Assembly (NCBI GenBank): GCA_046153015.1
Contig: JBJXGF010000097.1
Coordinates: 1-44,844 of the forward strand
DNA: 44,844 nucleotides
Direction: 5' to 3'
From: Acidimicrobiales bacterium
GTDB lineage: Bacteria > Actinomycetota > Acidimicrobiia > Acidimicrobiales > CAIXPF01
Positions within the stretch are counted from its first letter, which is position 1. Each line of letters begins with the position of its first letter. This document shows, piece by piece, positions 9,119-17,749 of the stretch. The translations under genes and the position numbers were made by a program. The notes beneath the pieces were generated by a model that saw only the letters and a list, made by a program, of their open reading frames with translations, did no database searches and was not told the origin of the DNA.

Positions 9119-10555
9119 ATGGGAGCGCCCCTCGGCACGCCGGAGGCCCCCCTGCGGGTGGCGGTGATCGGCTCGGGCCCCTCGGGCTTCTACGCCGCCG
9201 AGCACCTGCAGGACCAGGAGCACCTCGAGGTCCAGATCGACATGTACGACCGCCTGCCGACGCCCTTCGGGCTGGTGCGCGGCGGGGTGGCGCCCGACCA
9301 CCAGAAGATCAAGTCGGTCACACGGGTCTACGACAAGATCGCCGCCCACCCCGAGTTCCGCTTCTACGGCAACGTGGAGATGGGCCGCGACCTCACCCAC
9401 GCCGACCTGTCGGCGTACTACCACGCGATCATCTACGCGGTGGGCGCGCGCACCGACCGGCGGATGGGGATCCCGCGCGAGCACCTGCCCGGCAGCCACT
9501 CGGCCACCGAGTTCGTGGGCTGGTACAACGCGCACCCGGACTTCCGCAGCCTCAGCTTCGACCTCGCCTCCGAGAACGCGGCCGTGGTCGGCAACGGGAA
9601 CGTGGCGATGGACCTCGCGCGCATCCTCGCCAGCTCGCGTGAGGTGCTGGCGGCCACCGACATCGCCGAGCACGCGCTCCAGGAGCTCGAGGGCAACGGG
9701 ATCCGCGAGATCCACGTCCTCGGCCGACGCGGCCCGGCCCAGGCGGCGTTCACCAACAAGGAGCTCAAGGAGCTGGGCGAGCTGCCGGGCGTCGACGTGG
9801 TCGTCGACCCCCAGGACGTCGTGCTCGACCCGCTCTCGGCGGCCGACGTCGTGGCGCGGCCCAACCGCACCCGCGACCGCAACCTGGAGCTGCTGCGCGA
9901 GTTCTCCGAGCGGCCGCTCACCGGGGCGCCCAAGCGGATCGTGCTGCACTTCCTGGTCTCGCCGGTGGAGATCATCGGCACCGAGCGCGTCGAGGCACTC
10001 ACGATCGTCCACAACGAGCTCTATGAGAGCGAGGACGGCTCGATCCGCCCGCGCCCGACCGAGCGCCGCACCACGCTGCCGATGGGCCTGGTCTTCCGGG
10101 CGATCGGCTATCAGGGGGTCCCGCTGCCGGGCATCCCGTTCGACGCCATGCGCGGCGTGATCCCCAACGACGCCGGGCGCATCATCGAGCCGCACACCGG
10201 CGAGCAGGTGCAGGGCGAGTACGTGGTCGGGTGGATCAAGCGCGGGCCGCAGGGGATCATCGGGACCAACAAGCCCGACTCCCAGGAGACGGTCGGCAGC
10301 CTCCTCGCCGACCTCGCCCAGGGCCATCTGCACAAGATCGAGGTCCCCTCGCGCGACGTGCTCGAGCGCCTGCTGCGCGAGCGGCGCAGCGACTTCGTCT
10401 CCTACGAGGACTGGCAGCTGATCGACATGCTGGAGCAGGAGCGCGGGGCCGCCAGCGGCGCCCCCCGGGTCAAGTTCAGCAAGGTCGAGGAGATGCTCCA
10501 CGCGCTCCAGGAGCGCAAGCGCGCCGCCGCCGAGGAGGCCGCGAGAGAGGGCTAG
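9119..10555 (+). CDS. fprA: FprA/adrenodoxin-reductase-like ferredoxin-NADP+ reductase
   Basis: VIGSGPSG, PFGLVRGGVAPDH, GNGNVAMD, GRRGPAQAAFT, GWIKRGPQGIIGTN. Confidence 0.88.
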   Translation: MGAPLGTPEAPLRVAVIGSGPSGFYAAEHLQDQEHLEVQIDMYDRLPTPFGLVRGGVAPDHQKIKSVTRVYDKIAAHPEFRFYGNVEMGRDLTHADLSAYYHAIIYAVGARTDRRMGIPREHLPGSHSATEFVGWYNAHPDFRSLSFDLASENAAVVGNGNVAMDLARILASSREVLAATDIAEHALQELEGNGIREIHVLGRRGPAQAAFTNKELKELGELPGVDVVVDPQDVVLDPLSAADVVARPNRTRDRNLELLREFSERPLTGAPKRIVLHFLVSPVEIIGTERVEALTIVHNELYESEDGSIRPRPTERRTTLPMGLVFRAIGYQGVPLPGIPFDAMRGVIPNDAGRIIEPHTGEQVQGEYVVGWIKRGPQGIIGTNKPDSQETVGSLLADLAQGHLHKIEVPSRDVLERLLRERRSDFVSYEDWQLIDMLEQERGAASGAPRVKFSKVEEMLHALQERKRAAAEEAAREG

Positions 10556-12387
10556 ACGGCGGTCTCCACGCGGCCGTAGACCGTGGTGCGCTGGGCCGGG
10601 ACGCGCCCGGCGCCGCGGATCGCGGCCTCGAGCTCCTCGGGTGTCGCCAGCTGGCCGTGCGCGGCCCCCGAGGCGCGGGAGATGTTCTCGTCCATGAGGG
10701 TGCCACCGAGGTCGTTGCAGCCGGCGTCGAGCAGGCGGGCGCCGCCGCCCAGGCCGAGCTTCACCCACGAGGCCTGGATGTTGTCGATCAGCCCGTCGAG
10801 GGCGATCCGGCCGACGGCGTGGACCAGGACCACCTCGTCCCAGGTCGGGCCGGGACGGGCCTTGCCCTGGAGGAAGATCGGCGAGGCCATGTGGACGAAG
10901 GGCAGAGGCACGAACTCGGTGAAGCCCCCGGTGCGACGCTGGATCTGGCGCAGCACCTCGAGGTGGTTGGCCCAGGAGCGCGGGCCGTCGATGTGCCCCA
11001 TCATCATGGTGGTGGTCGCGCGCAGGCCGAGCTCGTGGGCGGTGATCATCACCTCGGCCCACTCGGCGGTGCGCACCTTGTCCGGGCACAGGTGGGCGCG
11101 CACGCGGTCGTCGAGGATCTCGGCCGCGGTGCCCGGGAGGGTCCCCAGGCCGGCGTCGCGCAGGCGGGTGAGGAACTCGCGCACCGGGATGCCGAGGGTG
11201 TGGGCGCCCTGCCAGACCTCGAGCGGCGTGAAGCCGTGGACGTGCATCTGGGGCAGGCGCTCCTTGATGCCCTCGAGCACCGAGACGTAGAAGTCGCCGG
11301 TGAAGTCCGGGTGGATGCCACCCTGCAGGCAGACCTCGGTGGCCCCGAGCTCCCAGGCCTCGACCGAGCGGTGGACCACCTCGTGCACGTTCAGGATGTA
11401 GGGGTCGCCGCGCAGGTTGAGGCTCTTCGGCCCGCGCGAGAAGCCGCAGAAGCCGCACCGGAAGTAGCACTGGTTGGTGTAGTTGATGTTGCGGTTGATG
11501 ACGTAGGTGACCGTGTCGCCGCAGCGCCGCTCGCGCAGGGTGTCGGCGACCTTGGCGATCGCCTCCACCTCGGACCCGCGGGCGCGGAAGAGCCGCTCGA
11601 TCTCGGCCACCCGCGGCGGCGTGTCCGCCAGCGAGCGCTCGAGGATCGCGGCGAGGTCGGGCGCGAGCCGCCCGAGGCCCTCCTCGGCGCCCTGCGAGCG
11701 CCAGGCCTCGTCCTCCCACTCGGCCGACAGCCGCCGCGCGGGGACCGGCGGCTCCTCGTCGCGGCCGGGCGCCCAGGTGTAGCGCGGGCGCGCCGCGCCG
11801 GAGCCGTCGATCTGCCCCAGCCAGGCGGTGAACAGCGGCCGCGCGAGCGCCTCACGGGCCTCGTCGATCTCGGTCTCGGGAGGGAGGGCGGTGCGCTCGA
11901 CGAGCGCGCGCGGGGCGATGGCGTCGCGCAGCGCGCCCACCGCCTCGGGGCTCCAGTCGCCGACCACCAGGTCGACCGCGCCGGCGGCGATCGCGTCGAG
12001 GGCCTGCTCGAGCGAGGAGACCACCACCGAGACGCGCGTCGCGATCCCCGGCAGCCACCCCAGCTCGATCGCCTCCTCGAGGCCGTCGGGGGTCGTGCGC
12101 AGGAAGGCCGCGCCGGTGCGCACGAGGGCGTCGAGCACGTCGGCGCGCGCGCCGGTGTGGCGCACCGTGATGCGCCAGCCCGCGACCCCGCGGCCGAGCA
12201 GGTCCATGGCCGTCTGCGGGTCGACCACCCAGGCGATGGCGGGCGCCTCGGCGCGCGCCGTCTCGACCGGCAGCAGCCCCTCCTCGAGGACCGCCGCGAC
12301 GCCGGAGTCGTCGAGCCCGGCGCGCTCGCGCACCCGGGCGCGCGCCCCCTCGGGACGCTCGGCGGTGCGGCAGAAGGTGACGCTCAT
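10552..12387 (-). CDS. cofH: FO synthase subunit CofH (radical SAM) with a long atypical N-terminal extension
   Basis: VTYVINRNINYTNQCYFRCGFC, EVCLQGGIHP, PGTAAEIL, NIQASWVKLG, NDLGGTLMDENISR. ATGA overlap with cofG. Confidence 0.88.
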   Translation of the reverse strand: MSVTFCRTAERPEGARARVRERAGLDDSGVAAVLEEGLLPVETARAEAPAIAWVVDPQTAMDLLGRGVAGWRITVRHTGARADVLDALVRTGAAFLRTTPDGLEEAIELGWLPGIATRVSVVVSSLEQALDAIAAGAVDLVVGDWSPEAVGALRDAIAPRALVERTALPPETEIDEAREALARPLFTAWLGQIDGSGAARPRYTWAPGRDEEPPVPARRLSAEWEDEAWRSQGAEEGLGRLAPDLAAILERSLADTPPRVAEIERLFRARGSEVEAIAKVADTLRERRCGDTVTYVINRNINYTNQCYFRCGFCGFSRGPKSLNLRGDPYILNVHEVVHRSVEAWELGATEVCLQGGIHPDFTGDFYVSVLEGIKERLPQMHVHGFTPLEVWQGAHTLGIPVREFLTRLRDAGLGTLPGTAAEILDDRVRAHLCPDKVRTAEWAEVMITAHELGLRATTTMMMGHIDGPRSWANHLEVLRQIQRRTGGFTEFVPLPFVHMASPIFLQGKARPGPTWDEVVLVHAVGRIALDGLIDNIQASWVKLGLGGGARLLDAGCNDLGGTLMDENISRASGAAHGQLATPEELEAAIRGAGRVPAQRTTVYGRVETAV

Positions 12388-13595
12388 GCGGCCACCGCCG
12401 CCAGGGGCCGAGGGGCGCCGGCGCGGGCGAGGCCCTCGTCGTCGGCGAGCGCGCGCACATGCTCGCGCAGGCCCGGGTCGACGAACTCGTCGTCGGCGAG
12501 GTACTCGGGGTAGATCGTCAGCCGCTCGCGCAGCGGGTAGCCCGCGTCGGCGCAGAGCTCGGCCAGCCGGTCGGTGTCGGGCCAGGGGGCCTCGGGGTTG
12601 ACGAAGTCGGGGGTGAGGGGGGAGACCCCGCCCCAGTCGTTGATGCCGGCCAGCAGCAGCGGGCCGTAATCGGCCGACAGGTTCGGCGGCGCCTGGATGC
12701 TCATCTGCGGGCCCATCACCAGGCGCGCGATCGCGCACGCGCTCATCAGGTCGACCAGCCCCGGCTCACCAGATGCGGCCATCGGCGTGTCCGGCTTGGC
12801 GCGGAAGTTCTGCACGATCACCTCCTGGATGTGGCCGTGGGCCTCGTGGAGCTCGCGCAGCGCCAGGAGCGCCTCGACCCGCTCGCGCACGGTCTCGCCG
12901 ATCCCGATCAGGATCCCCGAGGTGAAGGGGATGCGCAGCTCGCCGGCCCGTCGGATCATCGCCAGCCGGGTGGCCGGGCGCTTGTCGGGGGCGCCCTCGT
13001 GGGGGCCGCCCGGGCCGCAGAGCCGCTCGGAGACCGACTCGAGCATCATCCCCTGGCTGGCCGAGACCTCGCGCAGCTCGCTGAGCTCGCGCCGGCCGAG
13101 GATGCCGGCGTTGGGGTGGGGCAGCAGGCCGGTCTGCTCGATGACCATCCGGCACATGGCCGCCAGATAGGACTGGGTCGACTCGTGACCGAAGCGCCGC
13201 AGCGCCCGCCGGTGGCTCTCGAAGCGCGCCTCGGGGCGGTCGCCCAGCGTGAACAGGGCCTCCTTGCAGCCCAGCCGCCGCCCGGCCTCGGCGATCGCCA
13301 GGACCTCGTCCGGGCTCATCGTGTGGGCCCGCGGGTCGGTGTCGTGGTGGGCGAAGGTGCAGTACGAGCACACGTCGCGGCACAGGTTGGTCAGCGGGAT
13401 GAAGACCTTGCGCGAGTAGGTGACCCGGGGCGGACGGCCCCGGTCGCGCAGCTCGGCCGCCGCCGCCCAGAGGGCGGGGTGCTCGGCTCCGCGCGCGTCG
13501 GCGAGGGCCAGGGCCTGGTCGGCGCGCAGGCGCCGGCCCTCGAGGGCGGCCTCGACCCCCTCGCGCAGGGCCGGGCGCAGGGCGCCGAGCGTCAT
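12384..13595 (-). CDS. cofG: FO synthase subunit CofG (radical SAM)
   Basis: VTYSRKVFIPLTNLCRDVCSYC, GCKEALFTLG, QEVIVQNFRAKP, QAPPNL, GINDWGGVSP, NPEAPWP. TGATG overlap with the upstream gene. Confidence 0.92.
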   Translation of the reverse strand: MTLGALRPALREGVEAALEGRRLRADQALALADARGAEHPALWAAAAELRDRGRPPRVTYSRKVFIPLTNLCRDVCSYCTFAHHDTDPRAHTMSPDEVLAIAEAGRRLGCKEALFTLGDRPEARFESHRRALRRFGHESTQSYLAAMCRMVIEQTGLLPHPNAGILGRRELSELREVSASQGMMLESVSERLCGPGGPHEGAPDKRPATRLAMIRRAGELRIPFTSGILIGIGETVRERVEALLALRELHEAHGHIQEVIVQNFRAKPDTPMAASGEPGLVDLMSACAIARLVMGPQMSIQAPPNLSADYGPLLLAGINDWGGVSPLTPDFVNPEAPWPDTDRLAELCADAGYPLRERLTIYPEYLADDEFVDPGLREHVRALADDEGLARAGAPRPLAAVAA

Positions 13596-14407
13596 CAGCC
13601 GGGCTCCGGTCCCTGGCCCTCGCGGAACTTGCGCCAGTCGGCGGGGCGCTTCTCCTGGAAGCTGGCGATCCCCTCCTTGGGCTCCGGGCCGTAGACGTGG
13701 TTGAGCGCGACGAGCTCGAGGCCGTGCTGGACACCCGAGTAGAGCGCGTCGGTCGCCGTGTTCATCGCGATCTTGGCCAGCCGCAGGCCCTGGGGGGAGC
13801 GGCGAAGGATCTGGTCGCACCAGCGGTCGACCTCGGCGTCGAGCTCCTCGTCGGGCACGACCGCGTTGACCAGGCCCATCGCCAGGGCCTCCTCGGCGCT
13901 GTACTGACGGGTCAGGTAGAGGATCTCGCGCGCCTTCTTCTCGCCCACCACCTGGGGCAGGAGCTGGCAGCCCCACCACAGCGGCGCCGACCCGATCTTG
14001 GGCCCCGCCTGGCCGAACTTGCCCGAGGCGCCCGAGATGGTCAGGTCGCAGAGCACGTTGAGCTCGTTGCCGCCGCCGATGCAGTAGCCGCGCACCTTGA
14101 CGATGATCGGCTTGCCGTTGTTGCGGATGGCCAGGCCGAGCCGGTCGTGCAGGTGGTGCAGGCTGCGCTTCTCGCCGGCGGTGCGGGTGGGATCGCGGAC
14201 GTCGCCGCCGACGCAGAAGGCCCGCTCGCCGGCGCCGGTGAAGACGATCACCCCGACCGCCTCGTCGTCGGCGGCCGCCTCGAAGGCCTCGGCCAGCTCG
14301 CGGATGGTCTGGCGGCGGAAGGCGTTCAGCCGGTCGGGCCGGTTGATGGTGATCGTCGCGCGGCCGCCGCCGACCTCGTAGAGGACGTCCTCGAAGCTGT
14401 CGGGCAC
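13595..14407 (-). CDS. Crotonase-family enzyme, MenB/BadI-like (ring-opening beta-ketoacyl-CoA hydrolase or DHNA-CoA synthase-like)
   Basis: ITINRPDRLNAF, AFCVGGD, GYCIGGG, FGQAGPKIGS, GEKKAREI. GTG 14407 has a GAGGGG RBS; 14419 is an alternative start. Confidence 0.75.
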   Translation of the reverse strand: MPDSFEDVLYEVGGGRATITINRPDRLNAFRRQTIRELAEAFEAAADDEAVGVIVFTGAGERAFCVGGDVRDPTRTAGEKRSLHHLHDRLGLAIRNNGKPIIVKVRGYCIGGGNELNVLCDLTISGASGKFGQAGPKIGSAPLWWGCQLLPQVVGEKKAREILYLTRQYSAEEALAMGLVNAVVPDEELDAEVDRWCDQILRRSPQGLRLAKIAMNTATDALYSGVQHGLELVALNHVYGPEPKEGIASFQEKRPADWRKFREGQGPEPG

Positions 14408-14538
14408 GGGTCCCCTCACGCGGTCGTGGTGGCCGATCGAGCGAGAATCCTACTCGCCGCCCGGGGCCCCGCGCCGCCCCTGGACGCTGCTCCAAGTCTC
14501 ACCTGACAAGACGCGGGTTCGGCCTGCGGGCCAACATC

Positions 14539-14591
14539 TTGCCGCTTTTGGAATAGGGGTGGTACGACTCGTTCGTCGCATCAGTCACGAA
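14539..14591 (+). promoter_or_regulatory. Probable sigma70-type promoter of the iclR gene with an adjacent palindromic operator
   Basis: TTGCCG-18 nt-TACGAC with TG just upstream of the -10. TTCGT-N10-ACGAA at 14572-14591. Confidence 0.4.
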
Positions 14592-14604
14592 ACTCGGCTT
14601 CACT

Positions 14605-15510
14605 ATGCGAGACAGGAGCCCCGAGACGACCACGACAGACGCACTAGAGGAGACCGCCCGAGCGGTGAGCCCGCGCTATCGGATCCAGGCGATCGAGCGC
14701 GCCGTGGCGATCCTCAACGTGTTCTCGGTGGACGAGCCCGAGCTGGGCGTGACCGAGATCGCCGAGAGGGTCGGGCTGCACAAGTCGACCGTCCACCGGT
14801 TCATGGTGAACCTGGACGCCGCCGGCCTGGTCGAGCGCAACCCGCGCAGCGGGCGCTACCGGCTGGGCCTGCACATCTTCGAGCTCGGCGGCCTCGTGAT
14901 GCAGAGGATGAACCTCTGGGACGAGGCCCTGCCGTTCCTCGAGGGCCTCGTGCGCGACACCGGTGAGACCGGCCACCTGGCCGTGCTCGACGGGGGCGAG
15001 GCGATCTACATCGAGCGCGTCGAGGCGCGCCGGCCACTGCGGGTGCCATCGGCGATCGGCCGCGGCTACCCGGCTCATGCGACCAACCTCGGAAAGGTGC
15101 TCCTGGCCGACCTCCCGCGCGAGCGGGTCGTGGAGATCGTCGCCACGCACGGCCTGGCGTCCTACACGCGCAACACGATCACCGACCTCGTCGAGCTGGA
15201 GGCCGAGCTCGAGCGCATCCGCGTGCGCGGCTACGCGATCGACGACGAGGAGTACGACGAGGGCCTGCGCTGCATCGGGGCGGGTGTGCGCGATCACACC
15301 GGCCGCGTCGTCTCGGCCCTCGGCATCGGTGGTCCGGTCACGCGAATCACCCCCGAGCGGGTTGAGGAACTGTCACGCTTGGTCATGAATGCCGCCCGCG
15401 GGCTCTCCCGCCGGTTGGGCGCGCATCAGTCCGGCGCCTACACACCCGCAGCGCTCCGGGTCCGCACCACCGTTGCCGAGCCTCCGATGTTCGGAACGAG
15501 CAGCGCATGA
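14605..15510 (+). CDS. IclR family transcriptional regulator
   Basis: IQAIERAVAIL, LGVTEIAERVGLHKSTVHR HTH, PAHATNLGKVLLA, GYAIDDEEYDEGLRCIG. Confidence 0.93.
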   Translation: MRDRSPETTTTDALEETARAVSPRYRIQAIERAVAILNVFSVDEPELGVTEIAERVGLHKSTVHRFMVNLDAAGLVERNPRSGRYRLGLHIFELGGLVMQRMNLWDEALPFLEGLVRDTGETGHLAVLDGGEAIYIERVEARRPLRVPSAIGRGYPAHATNLGKVLLADLPRERVVEIVATHGLASYTRNTITDLVELEAELERIRVRGYAIDDEEYDEGLRCIGAGVRDHTGRVVSALGIGGPVTRITPERVEELSRLVMNAARGLSRRLGAHQSGAYTPAALRVRTTVAEPPMFGTSSA

Positions 15511-15590
15511 GCCGTCCACCCCCGGGATCGGGGTAGGTCGAAACTCACTTCCCGGCACTTCCCCACACATCCCAAGGAGACAACACGCCA

Positions 15591-16781
15591 ATGGCGACCA
15601 CCGCCACCAACCCTCTGCGCCTCTCGAGCCGCACATCACACTTCGTTCTGCCCAAGCAGTGGGCGTCCATGCGCAAGGCCGAAGCGCTCGAGCGGGAGAC
15701 GGGAAAGCGCGTCATCCACTTCGAGAAGGGCGACTTCCAGGGTGAGGAGTTCCGCCCTGCCCCGCACATCATGGAGGCCTGTGCCAAGGCCGTCGCCGAC
15801 GGCCACGTGCGCTACGTGCCCGGCCCGGGCCTGCCCGAGCTGCGCGACGCGATCGCCGAGGAGGCCACCAAGCGCGGCCGCCCGACGGTGCGCGAGGAGG
15901 TCCTGGTCACGATGGGCGCCAAGCACGCCCTGACCCAGTCCCTGCTCACCATCGTCGACCAGGGCGACGAGGTCATCTTCCCGAACCCGGGCTACCCGCC
16001 CGACGAGTTCTGGATCACCTACGCCGGCGGCACCGTCATCTACGCCCCGCTCGTCGAGCCGGACTTCCACTTCGACCTCGACTCGCTCCAGAGCCTGATC
16101 ACGCCCAAGACCAAGATGCTGATCATCAACTCGCCCCAGCGTCCCAACGGGATGACCGTCGGCCAGCTGGACGAGATCGCCGCGATCTGCGCCGAGCACA
16201 ACGTGATCGTGCTGACCGACGAGATCTTCAGCCACATGGTCTATTCCGGCGCCGAGCACAAGACGATCGCCGCGATCGAGGGGATGGCCGACCGCTCGAT
16301 CCTGGTCGACACCTTCTCGAAGACCTACATCATGACCGGCTTCCGGATCGGCTGGTGCGTGGCCAACAAGGACCTCATCACCACGATGGACATCTTCCAG
16401 CAGAACTCGGTCACCAACGTGCCCGCGTTCGTCCAGCTGGCGGCCCTCGCGGCGATCACCGGTCCCCAGGACCACGTCGAGGTCATCACCCGCAAGCTGC
16501 AGGCCAAGCGCGACCTGACCGTCGCCGCCCTCAACAAGATGCCCGGCGTCGAGTGCCAGACCCCCGACGGCTCGTTCTACGTCTTCCCGGACATCCGCGG
16601 CACCGGCATGACCGCGCAGCAGTTCGCCGACTACATGATCGAGACCTGCCAGGTCGGAGTGGTCGCCGGCTCGGCCTTCGGCGACCGCGGCGAGGGACAC
16701 ATCCGGCTGACCTACGCCTGCCCCGACGACGTCCTCGAGGAGGGCCTCGACCGGATCCGCAAGGGCCTGGAGAACCTCTAG
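15591..16781 (+). CDS. PLP-dependent aminotransferase class I/II
   Basis: GLPELRDAIA, VTMGAK, DEIF, FSKTYIMTGFRIG (PLP Lys). AAGGAG RBS. Confidence 0.9.
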   Translation: MATTATNPLRLSSRTSHFVLPKQWASMRKAEALERETGKRVIHFEKGDFQGEEFRPAPHIMEACAKAVADGHVRYVPGPGLPELRDAIAEEATKRGRPTVREEVLVTMGAKHALTQSLLTIVDQGDEVIFPNPGYPPDEFWITYAGGTVIYAPLVEPDFHFDLDSLQSLITPKTKMLIINSPQRPNGMTVGQLDEIAAICAEHNVIVLTDEIFSHMVYSGAEHKTIAAIEGMADRSILVDTFSKTYIMTGFRIGWCVANKDLITTMDIFQQNSVTNVPAFVQLAALAAITGPQDHVEVITRKLQAKRDLTVAALNKMPGVECQTPDGSFYVFPDIRGTGMTAQQFADYMIETCQVGVVAGSAFGDRGEGHIRLTYACPDDVLEEGLDRIRKGLENL

Positions 16782-16816
16782 GCTCCGCGCGCCCGGAATC
16801 GATCGAGGAGGCTTAG

Positions 16817-17275
16817 GTGGCTGAAGAACGCCTGCTGTGGGAGGACCTGACCGAGGGGGACGTCGCGATCTCGTCCGGTCGCACGATCACCGAGACCGAC
16901 GTCGTGAACTTCTGCGGCCTCTCGGGGGACTTCAACTGGTTCCACGTCGACGCGGTCGCGGCCAAGGAGTCGGTGTTCGGCCAGCGCGTCGCCCACGGCA
17001 TGCTGGTGGCGTCCATCGCCACCGGCCTCCAAGTCGGCTCGATGGAGCCGAAGATCGCGACGGCCGCCTTCATGGGGCTGCGCGAGTGGCAGTTCCGCGG
17101 GGCGGTCCTCTTCGGCGACACCATCCGCGTCAGGCGGACGATCGGCGAGAAGACCGAGCACCCCAAGAGCGACAAGCAGGGCTTCGTGATCTACGAGGTC
17201 GAGGTCGTCAACCAGGACGCCAAGGTCGTCCAGAAGGGTCAGTGGAACATGCTGATCCGGCGGCGCGAGGCCTAA
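16817..17275 (+). CDS. MaoC/PaaZ-type (R)-hydratase domain protein
   Basis: RTITETDVVNF, SGDFNWFHVD, FGQRVAHG, FGDTI. Confidence 0.88.
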   Translation: MAEERLLWEDLTEGDVAISSGRTITETDVVNFCGLSGDFNWFHVDAVAAKESVFGQRVAHGMLVASIATGLQVGSMEPKIATAAFMGLREWQFRGAVLFGDTIRVRRTIGEKTEHPKSDKQGFVIYEVEVVNQDAKVVQKGQWNMLIRRREA

Positions 17276-17287
17276 CGCCATCTGTCA

Positions 17288-17320
17288 GGACGCCCGGCTC
17301 TGACAAGGAGTCGGGCGTCC
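17288..17320 (+). terminator. Hairpin after maoC
   Basis: GGACGCCCGGCTC pairs with GAGTCGGGCGTCC (13 bp, one G-U pair). Confidence 0.5.
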
Positions 17321-17338
17321 GGTGGCGAACCGGGGGCC

Positions 17339-17749
17339 ATGACCAACATCGCTTCCACCCACACCATCACGGTCGCCCAGGCCGCCGAGACCCTTGCGGT
17401 CTCCGAGCGCACCGTCTGGCGCTACCTCAAGTCCGGCCGCCTGCCCGGTGAGACCGTCGGCGAGCCCGGCTCCCAGAGAACCCTGATCCCGCGCGACGCG
17501 GTCGATGCGCTGCGCGGCGGGCGCCCGGGCCCCGATGCCGACGCCCTGCGCGCCGAGCGCGACCGGCTCGTCGCCGAGCTCGCCGCCCTGCGCGCCGAGC
17601 GCGACGCGCTGAGCGACCGCGTCAGCGTGCTGCAGCGCTCGCTGTCACACCCGCTGCGGCCCGGTATCGCCGAGCGCGTGCTCAGCCGCGCCCTCGCCAT
17701 CGCCGCCGCGGCCCGCGCGCGGGGACCGCGCGCCTACTCGCTCCGCTAG
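17339..17749 (+). CDS. Excisionase/MerR-like HTH protein with coiled coil
   Basis: TVAQAAETLAVSERTVWRYLKSGRL, followed by a duplicated ALRAERD heptad. Confidence 0.75.
   Translation: MTNIASTHTITVAQAAETLAVSERTVWRYLKSGRLPGETVGEPGSQRTLIPRDAVDALRGGRPGPDADALRAERDRLVAELAALRAERDALSDRVSVLQRSLSHPLRPGIAERVLSRALAIAAAARARGPRAYSLR

Noticed and set aside
13595-14419. Assigning the symbol menB
   Set aside because: No other men genes are nearby, and MenB cannot be told from BadI-like hydrolases by eye.
12384-14495. 703-aa ORF as an extended or fused FbiC
   Set aside because: The N-terminal 300 aa is an off-frame reading of the crotonase gene. CofG starts at the TGATG overlap at 13595.
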